The translations under genes were made by a program, and so were the position numbers. Positions 47,746-57,976 of a stretch of 64,000 nt of DNA are shown here, piece by piece. Location: NCBI RefSeq assembly GCF_058153355.1, contig NZ_CM177019.1. One strand, written 5' to 3'. Positions within the stretch are counted from its first letter, which is position 1. Every line of letters begins with the position of its first letter. The notes under the pieces were generated by a model. It had not been told where the DNA came from and made no database searches. It worked only from the letters and a program-made list of their open reading frames with translations.

Positions 47746-49326
47746 ATGAAACAAAAGAAAGCCTGGAGTTTTTTTCAGAGCCTGGGAAAGGCATTTATGT
47801 ATCCCATCGCTCTGCTAAGTGTATGTGGCATGATGTTAGGGCTAGGAAGTGGTTTAGCCAGCGATGATATGGCAAAATTAATTCCACTACTGGCTATTCC
47901 CGTAATTAAAACCATTCTTGATTTTATTGTTAGCCTTGGTTTGTTTGCCTTTGTCAATTTACCTGTATTGTTTGCGATAGCTATACCTCTGGGGTTATTA
48001 AAAGAGAAAGAGGATAAAGCCTATGGCGCTTTTTCTGGCTTAATTGGTTTCATGGCGATGCATCTGGGAACGAACTTTTATCTTAAACAACATGACTTAT
48101 TGGTCGCTGCTGATCAAATGTCGACACATGGGCAAACCATTATTCTGGGAATCCAGTCCTACAATACCAGTGTGTTGGGTGGGATTATAGCAGGATTATT
48201 AGTCGCCAGTATGTATAAAAAGATCGTTAACTTACGTATTCCTGAATCATTAGGATTTTATAGTGGCCCACGCCTGGTGCCTATTATTACACTGATTGTG
48301 ATGAGCGGATTTGGTCTGATCATCCCTTTTATCTGGCCGCCATTTTTCAATCTTTTCATGCTCATTGGCCACTGGATTTCAACTTCCGGTCCTGTTGGCT
48401 ATTTTTTCTATGCAGTCGCCGAACGCGTGACGATACCTTTTGGTTTAAATCACCTGGTGACGTCAGTTTTCCGCTTTACCCCCATCGGCGGATCGGCAGT
48501 GATCGGCGGAGAAGAGTATTATGGCACCCTGAACATGTTTATGGCGTACGTCAAAGAGAATGCGGTCATTCCGCTGGATTTGGCGGGGAAAATGGAACAG
48601 GGCAAACTGATGATTCAGTATGGTCTGGCTGGTGCCGCGCTGGCGATGTATCGCACTGCTCATGCTCAAAACAGAAAAGCTATCAAAGCATTGCTTATTT
48701 CCGGGGTGCTTACAGTCATTATTGGCGGCGTCAGCGAACCGATTGAGTTTCTGTTCTTATTTGTCAGTCCACTGCTATTTGTCTTCCATGCTTTTATGAA
48801 TGGATTCGCCAACATGGTCTTGCCATATATGGGCGTGAAGATGGGATTTACTGGCGATCTGATTCAATTTATTAGCTTTGGCGTATTGCGTGGCACAAGA
48901 ACAGGTTGGCCAATAGCGGTGTGTGTCGAAGTGGCCTATTTCTTTATTTATTACTTTGTGTTCCGTTGGACTATTCTCAAATTTAACCTGATGACGGTAG
49001 GCCGTGAAGAGTCCAGTCCTGTCACGCTGAACGCTCATGAGGATACGGCTATAGCGGATATCCCAACGCTTGATAAATCAGAGCTGCAAGCAGCGGAGCA
49101 GATGGTTAAGGCACTTGGTGGTAAAGAGAATATTAAATCCCTGGATAATTGCGTAACTCGTTTACGTTTAACAATCGCAGATATGGGATTGATTGACGAG
49201 GCAGCAATAAAAAGAGCTGGCGGAATTGCGGTTGTTAAACTTGATCAAAATACCCTACAAGTCATTATCGGTACTAAAGTCATCGCCTTGCGTCGGGATA
49301 TGGATAACTACATGGGGATATGCTGA
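47746..49326 (+). CDS. PTS EIICB component, glucose/maltose (MalX-like) family
   Basis: 526-aa ORF, multi-TM EIIC followed by a C-terminal EIIB domain with phosphorylatable Cys motif (NCVTRLRL). Confidence 0.85.
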   Translation: MKQKKAWSFFQSLGKAFMYPIALLSVCGMMLGLGSGLASDDMAKLIPLLAIPVIKTILDFIVSLGLFAFVNLPVLFAIAIPLGLLKEKEDKAYGAFSGLIGFMAMHLGTNFYLKQHDLLVAADQMSTHGQTIILGIQSYNTSVLGGIIAGLLVASMYKKIVNLRIPESLGFYSGPRLVPIITLIVMSGFGLIIPFIWPPFFNLFMLIGHWISTSGPVGYFFYAVAERVTIPFGLNHLVTSVFRFTPIGGSAVIGGEEYYGTLNMFMAYVKENAVIPLDLAGKMEQGKLMIQYGLAGAALAMYRTAHAQNRKAIKALLISGVLTVIIGGVSEPIEFLFLFVSPLLFVFHAFMNGFANMVLPYMGVKMGFTGDLIQFISFGVLRGTRTGWPIAVCVEVAYFFIYYFVFRWTILKFNLMTVGREESSPVTLNAHEDTAIADIPTLDKSELQAAEQMVKALGGKENIKSLDNCVTRLRLTIADMGLIDEAAIKRAGGIAVVKLDQNTLQVIIGTKVIALRRDMDNYMGIC

Positions 49327-50501
49327 TGGATGTTTTTAATACTCCTATTTCCCGCAAAGGAACATATTGTACCCAATGGGACTTTTGCGAGGACAGATTT
49401 GGTGTAAAAGATGTATTACCATTCTCTATTTCAGATATGGATCTTCCGATACCGGAAGCTATCATCAGGGCATTAAGAAAACGTCTGGAACACCCGATTT
49501 TAGGGTACAGCCGTTGGCAGCATGATGACTATCTGAATGCGATAGTCAATTGGTATCATCAACAATATAAAACTGAAATCAAACCAGAATGGATCACCTA
49601 TAGCCCAAGCGTGATGTACTCCATTGCTAAAGCAATAGAGTTATTGACATCGCATGGTGATAATATTCTCGTTTTTACACCTGTCTATAATGCATTTTTT
49701 GATATAATTAAACATAGCGAGAGAAATATTCTGACAGCCTCTTTGATTATAAAAAATGAGGGGGGCTACGCTATCAATTGGCAAGATTTTGATCTTAAGA
49801 TTCAAAGCGCAAAGATGGTGTTATTATGTAATCCTCATAACCCGACAGGAACCGTCTGGTCGGAAGAAGAGCTGCATAAAATCGCTGCAAGCTGTGCAAG
49901 ACATAATGTCTGGTTATGTTCAGATGAAATTCACAGTGATTTTGTTTTTAATCGTAGCTTTACATCTGCGCTTAAAATAAAAAAAGAAAAAGTAGTGGTG
50001 TTTAATTCGATATCGAAGACATTTAATGTTCCTGCGCTAACAGGATCGTATATGATTTCAACTGACGATAATTTTAATCATAAGTTCAGAACGATATCAA
50101 GATATCGCGATTTTGTAAACTCCCCATCCGTACTGAATATAATTGCAACTATTATTGCCTATAACGAATGTGAGGGATGGTTAACGTCATTAAAGGCACA
50201 TATTGCCTCTAACATTCAATTCACCCAGCAGTATCTGAACGAAAATACTCCAGAATTGATCGTAAGGCCAGCTGATGGTTGCTATTTTTCGTGGATAGAT
50301 TGCTCTGCTATTGGTTATCCCTTTGATGAATTCTACAGTCGATTAATTCATGAAGGCAAAGTGGGCATTATGGCGGGGAATGTCTATGGAACGGAGGGGG
50401 AGGGCTACCTTCGTCTGAACCTGGCCTGCGGTCGAGAAAAATTATATATGGGGCTTACGCGTCTTGCGAGTGTAATTAAAAATATTAATCAAGGAAAATA
50501 A
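49320..50501 (+). CDS. PLP-dependent C-S lyase / aminotransferase, MalY/PatB-like paralog
   Basis: Conserved blocks shared with MalY: TYCTQWDF, LPFSISDMD, GYSRW, CNPHNPTG, SDEIH, NSISKTFNVPALTG (PLP lysine). Confidence 0.8.
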   Translation: MLMDVFNTPISRKGTYCTQWDFCEDRFGVKDVLPFSISDMDLPIPEAIIRALRKRLEHPILGYSRWQHDDYLNAIVNWYHQQYKTEIKPEWITYSPSVMYSIAKAIELLTSHGDNILVFTPVYNAFFDIIKHSERNILTASLIIKNEGGYAINWQDFDLKIQSAKMVLLCNPHNPTGTVWSEEELHKIAASCARHNVWLCSDEIHSDFVFNRSFTSALKIKKEKVVVFNSISKTFNVPALTGSYMISTDDNFNHKFRTISRYRDFVNSPSVLNIIATIIAYNECEGWLTSLKAHIASNIQFTQQYLNENTPELIVRPADGCYFSWIDCSAIGYPFDEFYSRLIHEGKVGIMAGNVYGTEGEGYLRLNLACGREKLYMGLTRLASVIKNINQGK

Positions 50502-50503
50502 AA

Positions 50504-51100
50504 ATGAACAGCACGGATCTTATCCATCTCATTAAACATTTTATGCGTAACGAACATAAAGCAGTTGAAGAAGTTATTGATTCTCCCCTTTCGGAGGTCG
50601 CAAATTTAATTAAAGTATTACAGTCTTGTCAGGGGAAAGTTGTTTTTATTGGTGTCGGTAAGTCCGGTATTATTGCCCGAAAACTCGCCGCAACATTTGC
50701 CAGCACTGGAACTCCCTCGTTTTTTGTTCACGGTACTGAAGCCGTACACGGCGATCTTGGGATGGTGGCGAAAGATGATGTTGTTATTCTTATTTCAAAC
50801 AGTGGTGAGACGACAGAAATCCTGGCAACACTACCTAGTCTGAAAAAAATGGGTAATTATTTGATCTCCTTTACCCGCAGTCATCGCTCATCGCTTGCGA
50901 TAAGTTGTGATTTATCCGTTGAAATTCCCGTAAAAAGTGAGGCGGATAATTTAGGTTTAGCGCCGTCATGCTCATCAACAGTCGTTCTGGTTGTTGGTGA
51001 TGCGGTGGCGCTTGCGCTCTCCGAATTGAAAAAGTTTACTCGTGCTGATTTCGGCTTATATCATCCAGGAGGTGCGCTCGGTATTAAAGCAAACTCATAA
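50504..51100 (+). CDS. SIS-domain sugar-phosphate isomerase-like protein (KdsD/GutQ-like SIS domain, no CBS domains)
   Basis: VVFIGVGKSGIIARKLAATFASTGTPSFFVHGTEAVHGDLGMV closely resembles the KdsD/GutQ SIS core; only 198 aa. Confidence 0.75.
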   Translation: MNSTDLIHLIKHFMRNEHKAVEEVIDSPLSEVANLIKVLQSCQGKVVFIGVGKSGIIARKLAATFASTGTPSFFVHGTEAVHGDLGMVAKDDVVILISNSGETTEILATLPSLKKMGNYLISFTRSHRSSLAISCDLSVEIPVKSEADNLGLAPSCSSTVVLVVGDAVALALSELKKFTRADFGLYHPGGALGIKANS

Positions 51101-51161
51101 TTTTAGAATATAAAACAGTAACCGGTCACGCCATCTTTTGGGGTGGCGTTCATTGATGTGA

Positions 51162-52118
51162 GTGTCAGCTATGAAAAACGTTCTGGTCACCGTTCCCAGC
51201 TTTTCAGCGCGTTGTGTTTCTGCCAGCAAGCTGCTAAGAGAAAATCATTTTAACCTTATTATCAAGAATAATGTGGAGCATCTGGTTAAATCAGAATCCA
51301 CAGTATTACGAGAATCTATTTGCGCAGTCATTGCCGGAAAAGATTGTTATCAAGCGGATACGTTATCGCGACTACCAGGAGTGAAAATAATATCGAGATT
51401 CGGGACAGGGATTGATAATATTGATCTTCATACGGCTCGACAATCAGGTATTGTGGTCAATAATGCTGTTGGGATTAATTCAAATGCAGTCGCGGAATTT
51501 ATCATTGGTCTTATTTTTGCGAGCATGAGAAATATCCCCGGTAGCTATCATGCAATGCAAAATGGTTATTGGGGCGAGTCGCATGGCTGCGAGTTACAAG
51601 GTAAACGTATTGGCCTGCTTGGCTATGGCAATATTGGCAAAACACTGGCGAAAAGGTTATCTGGTTTTGATGTTGAGCTTTTAGCTTTTGACAAACAACC
51701 CGATTTCCAGGCCGCAGGCAAAGATGGAGTTCAGTTCGTATCAATTGAAGATATCTTTATGCAGTCTCATGTCATCATCGTTCTTTTGCCATTTTCTCCG
51801 GAGCTGGAGAACTTCATTAGTCATAAATATTTGTCGATGATGCGCAATGGTGCTCTTATCATCAACGCCGCAAGGGGAAAGTTGCTGGATGAGGGTGCTT
51901 TACTTCAGGTAATTGAAGAACGAAATGTTTTTGCAGCACTGGATGTGTTTAGCTCTGAACCGCTAGCGCAATTTAGCCCATTGCTACATGCCAGGAATAT
52001 CATTACAACGCCGCATATTGCGGCCGCCACCGTTGAGTCATACCAGCAAACCGGGATATACGTTGCCAGGTCGATAATAGATTTCTTTGCAGGAAGGGAG
52101 ATAAAAAACGTGCTGTGA
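51162..52118 (+). CDS. D-isomer-specific 2-hydroxyacid dehydrogenase family protein (NAD-binding)
   Basis: 318-aa ORF with GLLGYGNIGKTLAKRL Rossmann motif, family catalytic His/Arg context. Confidence 0.8.
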   Translation: MSAMKNVLVTVPSFSARCVSASKLLRENHFNLIIKNNVEHLVKSESTVLRESICAVIAGKDCYQADTLSRLPGVKIISRFGTGIDNIDLHTARQSGIVVNNAVGINSNAVAEFIIGLIFASMRNIPGSYHAMQNGYWGESHGCELQGKRIGLLGYGNIGKTLAKRLSGFDVELLAFDKQPDFQAAGKDGVQFVSIEDIFMQSHVIIVLLPFSPELENFISHKYLSMMRNGALIINAARGKLLDEGALLQVIEERNVFAALDVFSSEPLAQFSPLLHARNIITTPHIAAATVESYQQTGIYVARSIIDFFAGREIKNVL

Positions 52119-52147
52119 GGTCAGCTAAGGAAGATTTCAGGTACAAA

Positions 52148-52182
52148 AAAACCGCAATCTGTGAAACACATTGCGGTTTATC
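52148..52182 (+). terminator. Putative terminator hairpin downstream of the accessory operon
   Basis: AACCGCAAT-…-ATTGCGGTT inverted repeat after the dehydrogenase stop; weak T-tract. Confidence 0.45.
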
Positions 52183-52196
52183 AGCATCATAAGTGT

Positions 52197-52273
<77 letters not shown>

Positions 52274-52306
52274 TCACCGTACTGCTTTACTTCATCAAAT
52301 TTTGAT

Positions 52307-52383
<77 letters not shown>

Positions 52384-52591
52384 TCCGTGGATGCGCACTA
52401 TACTCCGCTCGCGTTTTCATGCAACCTTTTTTTTACCCGGATCACGGATTTGGCATGATTTTGAGCAAAAACAAATCACTAAAGCCTGTTTTTTGTGCAA
52501 AATTTGCGTCAGGGAGAGGCTGCTCATTTCATTAAACGCGGCGGTTTGTTATCTTCATTGCGCCTTATTTTTTAAACTGAAGAAGAGAACA

Positions 52592-53689
52592 ATGAAAGGA
52601 CGTTGGGTAAAGTACCTTCTTATGGGCACGGTTGTGGCAATGCTTGCCGCCTGCTCTTCCAAACCAACCGATCGCGGACAGCAATATAAAGACGGGAAAT
52701 TTACCCAGCCTTTCTCTCTGGTAAACCAGCCAGATGCCGTTGGCGCGCCAATTAACGCCGGTGATTTTGCCGAGCAAATTAACCATATCCGTACTTCGTC
52801 ACCGCGTCTGTATGGCAACCAGAGTAATGTTTATAATGCGGTGCAGGAGTGGCTACGCGCAGGCGGTGATACCCGCAATATGCGTCAGTTCGGCATTGAC
52901 GCCTGGCAGATGGAAGGTGCCGACAACTATGGCAACGTGCAGTTTACGGGCTATTACACGCCTGTCATTCAGGCGCGCCATACCCGTCAGGGCGAGTTCC
53001 AGTATCCTATTTACCGTATGCCGCCAAAACGTGGTCGTCTGCCGTCTCGTGCGGAGATCTACGCGGGAGCATTGAGCGATAAATACATCCTCGCTTACAG
53101 CAACTCTCTGATGGATAACTTCATTATGGATGTGCAGGGTAGCGGGTATATCGATTTTGGTGATGGCAGTCCGCTTAACTTCTTCAGCTATGCCGGAAAG
53201 AATGGTCATGCCTATCGCAGTATTGGTAAGGTGCTGATTGACCGTGGCGAAGTGAAAAAAGAAGATATGTCGATGCAGGCGATTCGTCACTGGGGTGAAA
53301 CACACAGTGAAGCCGAGGTTCGCGAGCTGCTGGAACAGAACCCGTCTTTCGTCTTCTTTAAACCGCAATCTTTTGCTCCGGTGAAAGGGGCAAGTGCGGT
53401 GCCGCTGGTTGGTCGCGCTTCAGTTGCGTCCGATCGTTCCATTATCCCGCCTGGTACAACCTTACTGGCAGAAGTGCCGCTGCTGGATAATAACGGCAAA
53501 TTTAACGGTCAGTACGAACTGCGGCTGATGGTGGCGCTGGATGTCGGTGGTGCAATCAAAGGCCAACACTTCGATATTTATCAAGGTATCGGGCCGGAAG
53601 CCGGACACCGCGCAGGTTGGTACAACCACTATGGACGTGTTTGGGTGCTGAAAACCGCCCCGGGCGCAGGTAACGTCTTTAGCGGCTGA
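52592..53689 (+). CDS. mltA: Membrane-bound lytic murein transglycosylase A (lipoprotein)
   Basis: MKGRWVKYLLMGTVVAMLAACSS lipobox; 365 aa; the ORF-track N-terminal extension overlapping the tRNA is discounted. Confidence 0.92.
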   Translation: MKGRWVKYLLMGTVVAMLAACSSKPTDRGQQYKDGKFTQPFSLVNQPDAVGAPINAGDFAEQINHIRTSSPRLYGNQSNVYNAVQEWLRAGGDTRNMRQFGIDAWQMEGADNYGNVQFTGYYTPVIQARHTRQGEFQYPIYRMPPKRGRLPSRAEIYAGALSDKYILAYSNSLMDNFIMDVQGSGYIDFGDGSPLNFFSYAGKNGHAYRSIGKVLIDRGEVKKEDMSMQAIRHWGETHSEAEVRELLEQNPSFVFFKPQSFAPVKGASAVPLVGRASVASDRSIIPPGTTLLAEVPLLDNNGKFNGQYELRLMVALDVGGAIKGQHFDIYQGIGPEAGHRAGWYNHYGRVWVLKTAPGAGNVFSG

Positions 53690-53765
53690 TGTGTTATTCT
53701 GTATACCGTTTTGACGGATACGACAGGGTGAGGGATAACCTCGCCCTTTTTAATTCTGAGGTGCT

Positions 53766-54572
53766 ATGTCTGTGGTAATTAGTGATGCATGGCGTCAGCG
53801 TTTTGGTGGCACTGCGCGTCTGTATGGTGAAAAAGCGTTGCAACTGTTTGCTGATGCGCATATTTGTGTGGTCGGTATCGGTGGCGTTGGTTCCTGGGCG
53901 GCGGAAGCGCTGGCGCGCACGGGTATTGGCGCAATCACACTTATCGATATGGATGATGTGTGCGTCACTAATACCAATCGGCAAATTCACGCGCTGCGAG
54001 ATAACGTCGGGCTGGCCAAAGCGGAAGTCATGGCCGAACGTATTCGCCAGATTAACCCGGAGTGCCGTGTAACGGTGGTGGATGACTTCGTGACGCCGGA
54101 TAACGTAGCGCAATATATGAGTGCCGGTTATTCGTACGTGATTGATGCCATTGATAGTGTGCGACCCAAAGCGGCGCTGATTGCTTATTGTCGGCGCAAC
54201 AAAATCCCTCTGGTCACGACTGGTGGTGCTGGTGGGCAGATTGATCCGACGCAGATTCAGGTTACCGATCTGGCGAAAACGATTCAGGACCCGCTGGCGG
54301 CGAAGTTGCGCGAGCGCCTGAAAAGCGATTTTGGCGTAGTGAAAAACAGCAAAGGTAAGCTTGGCGTGGATTGCGTGTTCTCTACCGAAGCGCTGGTGTA
54401 CCCGCAGTCAGACGGTACGGTGTGCGCGATGAAAGCCACGGCAGAAGGGCCGAAGCGGATGGATTGTGCATCTGGATTTGGTGCGGCGACGATGGTGACC
54501 GCCACCTTTGGTTTTGTTGCGGTTTCTCATGCGTTGAAGAAGATGATGGCGAAAGCGGCGCGTCAGGGGTAA
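53766..54572 (+). CDS. tcdA: tRNA threonylcarbamoyladenosine dehydratase (E1-like, ThiF/MoeB fold)
   Basis: 268-aa ORF with VVGIGGVGSWAAEALARTG nucleotide-binding motif. Confidence 0.9.
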   Translation: MSVVISDAWRQRFGGTARLYGEKALQLFADAHICVVGIGGVGSWAAEALARTGIGAITLIDMDDVCVTNTNRQIHALRDNVGLAKAEVMAERIRQINPECRVTVVDDFVTPDNVAQYMSAGYSYVIDAIDSVRPKAALIAYCRRNKIPLVTTGGAGGQIDPTQIQVTDLAKTIQDPLAAKLRERLKSDFGVVKNSKGKLGVDCVFSTEALVYPQSDGTVCAMKATAEGPKRMDCASGFGAATMVTATFGFVAVSHALKKMMAKAARQG

Positions 54573-54577
54573 ACAAT

Positions 54578-54612
54578 CAGGTCGGATGCGACGCGAACGT
54601 CTTATCCGACCT
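54578..54612. repeat. REP-like palindromic unit between convergent tcdA and csdE (probable bidirectional terminator)
   Basis: AGGTCGGATGCGACGCGAACGTCTTATCCGACCTGG imperfect palindrome. Confidence 0.6.
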
Positions 54613-54622
54613 GGTTTTGTGC

Positions 54623-55066
54623 TTAACCCTGCTTTGCCGCCGCGATAATCGCCTCGCTTAACGCATTCAACCCCTGACTGCGAGAGGCGCTAAGTTGCGC
54701 ACGCAATCCCAGCTCATCAAACAATGCCAGCGGCGACTGTGCTTGCAATTCGGCGGCGGTTTTCCCCTCAACGGCAGTCAACAACACCGCCAGCAGGCCG
54801 CGCACAATGCGTCCTTCGCTGTCGCCAAAGAAATGCATCGTGCCGTTTTCAGCCACGGTATACCCCAGCCAGACGCGGTTTTCGCATCCGGCAATCTCTT
54901 TAGCCTGCGCTTTTAACTCGTCTGGCAAAGCTGGAAGCTGTTTCCCCAACATAATTAGCTGACGATATTTGTCTTCCCATTGAGTCAACGGCGCGAAAGT
55001 TTCGTGTAACGTCTTTACGGTAACGGTTGTGCCGAACGGGTGTCCGGCGTATTGCTGGTTCGTCAT
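54623..55066 (-). CDS. csdE: Cysteine desulfurase sulfur acceptor (SufE-like)
   Basis: 147-aa SufE-family ORF immediately downstream of csdA. Confidence 0.9.
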   Translation of the reverse strand: MTNQQYAGHPFGTTVTVKTLHETFAPLTQWEDKYRQLIMLGKQLPALPDELKAQAKEIAGCENRVWLGYTVAENGTMHFFGDSEGRIVRGLLAVLLTAVEGKTAAELQAQSPLALFDELGLRAQLSASRSQGLNALSEAIIAAAKQG

Positions 55067-56271
55067 TAATCCACCAATAATTCCAGCGCGCGGTCAACGG
55101 CGTTCACCAGCGCATCCACATCATTCTTTGTATTATATGGCGCAAACGAGGCGCGCAGAGTGCCGGTTACGCCTAATTCTGCCAGTAGCGGCTGCGCGCA
55201 ATGCTGCCCGGCGCGCAGGGCAATACCGTACTCTGCCAACAGCGTCACCATATCGCTGTGATGAACTCCCGCGAAATCAAAGGCCAGCAGGCTGGAATCC
55301 TGGCAGCGGAATGAACGAAAACCTGGACGTTTCGTCAGCGCATCTTCCGCCAGCGTTGCTAAGCTACGGCTCCAGCTTTCGGCCTGGTTGATATCGTAAT
55401 CTGCCAGCCATTCCAGCGCCGCGCTTAATCCTATGACACCAGCGACATTTGGCGTTCCAGCTTCCAGTTTCCACGGCGCAGATTGAGTCGTGAAGCCGTC
55501 AAAACTCACTTCGTGAACCATTTTGCCGCCGCCCAGCCAGGGCGACATCGCTTCCAGCAGTTCTGATTTGCCATACAGCACGCCGATACCTGTCGGGCCA
55601 TACAGTTTGTGACCTGAAAAAGCATAGAAATCAATATCCAGTTGCTGAACATCCGCGGGGAAATGCACCGCCCCCTGAGCACCATCAACCATCACCACCA
55701 TCCCGGCTGAATGAGCAAAGGTAATCGCTCGCGCCAGATCCGGGCAACCGCCAGTAACGTTCGACATCTGACCCAACGCCAGAATCCGACTACGAGGTGT
55801 GATCAGTTCTGGCAACAAATCGACATCCGGCAGTCGCTGTGCATTCAGCGGCAATTTCACCACTTTGGCTCCAGTTTGTTGGGCGACCATCAGCCAGGGG
55901 ACGAGGTTGGCGTGGTGCTCTGCCACACTGACAATAATTTCATCGCCCGGTTGCAGACGCGGACGCGCATAGCATTGTGCCACCATGTTGATGGATTCAG
56001 TGGTGCCGCGCGTCCAGACGATATTTTTGTCATCTGATGCATTCAGTAATTGCGCCACTTTCTCCCGCGCAGCTTCATAACGCGCGGTCAGGCGTTGGGC
56101 TTCGGCAAACTGGCTGCGATGGACGTTTCCGGCGCTCAGGCTGTAAAACTGTCGGGTGGCTTCAACCACGGCTTCAGGTTTAAGCGCGGTCGCGGCGCTG
56201 TCGAGATAGACGCCCGCATCCTGTAGCGCGGGAAACTGGGCGCGAAACTGCGCGGGATTAAAAACGTTCAT
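55066..56271 (-). CDS. csdA: Cysteine desulfurase CsdA (PLP-dependent)
   Basis: ORF 55066..56307; start at [16 protein letters not shown]…; class V aminotransferase fold. Confidence 0.92.
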   Translation of the reverse strand: MNVFNPAQFRAQFPALQDAGVYLDSAATALKPEAVVEATRQFYSLSAGNVHRSQFAEAQRLTARYEAAREKVAQLLNASDDKNIVWTRGTTESINMVAQCYARPRLQPGDEIIVSVAEHHANLVPWLMVAQQTGAKVVKLPLNAQRLPDVDLLPELITPRSRILALGQMSNVTGGCPDLARAITFAHSAGMVVMVDGAQGAVHFPADVQQLDIDFYAFSGHKLYGPTGIGVLYGKSELLEAMSPWLGGGKMVHEVSFDGFTTQSAPWKLEAGTPNVAGVIGLSAALEWLADYDINQAESWSRSLATLAEDALTKRPGFRSFRCQDSSLLAFDFAGVHHSDMVTLLAEYGIALRAGQHCAQPLLAELGVTGTLRASFAPYNTKNDVDALVNAVDRALELLVD

Positions 56272-56459
56272 GGTACTCCTCGGCTTGATGCACCGATCGT
56301 GACGCAAAATTCACTTCGATACAAGGAGAGTGCTAACCATCAGAATTATCTGGATATCCTGGCGAAGCCGCGTCAGTAACATATGCTGAATAGTGTTAGG
56401 CGTTAATTTTAGCCTGTTAATCAATACTATTAAGATTTATTAATCGCTTTAAGGAGAAG

Positions 56460-56690
56460 ATGATGAAAAAGACTGCCGCAATTATTTCTGCCTGTATGCT
56501 GACTTTTGCCCTGAGCGCCTGTTCCGGTTCGAACTATGTGATGCACACCAATGACGGACGTACCATCGTCTCTGACGGCAAACCACAGACTGATAACGAT
56601 ACCGGTATGATTTCGTATAAAGACGCTAATGGCAACAAACAGCAGATCAACCGTACCGACGTGAAAGAGATGGTCGAACTGGATCAGTAA
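56460..56690 (+). CDS. ygdI: Small lipoprotein, DUF903 family (paralog of ygdR)
   Basis: [53 protein letters not shown]… lipobox; highly similar to the ygdR product. Confidence 0.85.
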   Translation: MMKKTAAIISACMLTFALSACSGSNYVMHTNDGRTIVSDGKPQTDNDTGMISYKDANGNKQQINRTDVKEMVELDQ

Positions 56691-56706
56691 TTCGCGATCG
56701 CAAGGT

Positions 56707-56912
56707 AAAAAAAAGCACCGCAATTAGGCGGTGCTACATTAATCACTATGGACAGACAGGGTAAATGTACAGGAAGTGAAAAAAGGTAGCTTTGCTACCA
56801 TGGTCTGAATCGCAGACCAATTGCAAACACAACAACACAACATCACAACCGTAAGCCAAAAGTTCACCAGAACACGCATTCCGATAAAACTTTTCGTTCC
56901 GGCTCAGGAAGT
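56707..56912 (-). ncRNA. gcvB: GcvB small regulatory RNA
   Basis: Reverse complement begins ACTTCCTGAGCCGGAACGAAAAGTTTTATCGGAATGCGTGTTCTGGTGAACTTTTGGCTTACGGTTGTGATGTTGTGTTGTTGTGTTTGCAATTGG… and ends with hairpin + T8; divergent from gcvA. Confidence 0.9.
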
Positions 56913-57040
56913 GCCGCCACTATAGGTATTTGCTGGTAGAAGCTCAACGGACAATTTATAATGGCTCAGATTAAAAAAACTAATAGGTTACACAGTGTGA
57001 TCTAATTGTTAAATTCATTTAACATCAAAGTTTAAAAGCC

Positions 57041-57958
57041 ATGTCTAAACGATTACCACCGCTAAATGCCTTACGAGTTTTTGATGCCGCAGCACGCCAT
57101 TTAAGTTTCACTCGCGCAGCAGAAGAGCTTTTTGTGACCCAGGCCGCAGTAAGTCATCAAATCAAGTCTCTTGAGGATTTTCTGGGGCTAAAACTGTTCC
57201 GCCGCCGTAATCGTTCACTCCTGCTGACCGAGGAAGGTCAAAGCTATTTCCTCGATATCAAAGAGATATTTTCGCAATTAACCGAAGCGACGCGTAAACT
57301 CCAGGCCCGTAGCGCCAAGGGGGCGTTGACGGTCAGTTTACTCCCCAGTTTCGCCATACATTGGTTGGTTCCACGACTTTCCAGCTTTAATTCAGCTTAT
57401 CCGGGAATTGACGTTCGCATCCAGGCGGTTGATCGTCAGGAAGATAAGTTGGCGGATGATGTTGACGTGGCGATATTCTATGGTCGGGGCAACTGGCCGG
57501 GGCTACGGGTGGAAAAACTTTACGCCGAATATTTATTGCCGGTGTGTTCGCCGCTACTGCTGACAGGCGATAAACCCTTGAAGACCCCTGAAGACTTGGC
57601 TAAACATACGTTATTACATGATGCGTCTCGCCGTGACTGGCAGACATATACTCGCCAATTGGGGTTAAATCATATCAACGTTCAGCAAGGACCAATATTT
57701 AGTCATAGCGCCATGGTGCTGCAAGCGGCTATCCACGGGCAGGGAGTGGCGCTGGCGAATAACGTGATGGCGCAATCTGAAATCGAGGCCGGACGTCTTG
57801 TTTGCCCGTTTAATGATGTTCTGGTCAGTAAAAATGCTTTTTATCTGGTTTGTCATGACAGTCAGGCAGAACTGGGTAAAATAGCCGCCTTTCGCCAATG
57901 GATCCTGGCGAAAGCCGCTGCTGAACAAGAAAAATTCCGCTTTCGTTATGAACAATAA
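57041..57958 (+). CDS. gcvA: Glycine cleavage system LysR-type transcriptional regulator
   Basis: 305-aa LTTR (MSKRLPPLNALRVFDAAARHLSFTRAAEELFVTQAAVSHQIK…). Confidence 0.92.
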   Translation: MSKRLPPLNALRVFDAAARHLSFTRAAEELFVTQAAVSHQIKSLEDFLGLKLFRRRNRSLLLTEEGQSYFLDIKEIFSQLTEATRKLQARSAKGALTVSLLPSFAIHWLVPRLSSFNSAYPGIDVRIQAVDRQEDKLADDVDVAIFYGRGNWPGLRVEKLYAEYLLPVCSPLLLTGDKPLKTPEDLAKHTLLHDASRRDWQTYTRQLGLNHINVQQGPIFSHSAMVLQAAIHGQGVALANNVMAQSEIEAGRLVCPFNDVLVSKNAFYLVCHDSQAELGKIAAFRQWILAKAAAEQEKFRFRYEQ

Positions 57959-57976
57959 TTTACGTAGGGTACGACC

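Noticed and set aside
46633-52196. Accessory island as a phage-defence or toxin system
   Set aside because: All five products have metabolic/transport/regulatory folds (PRD antiterminator, PTS EIICB, PLP lyase, SIS, dehydrogenase); no nuclease, ATPase, toxin or integrase signatures were seen.
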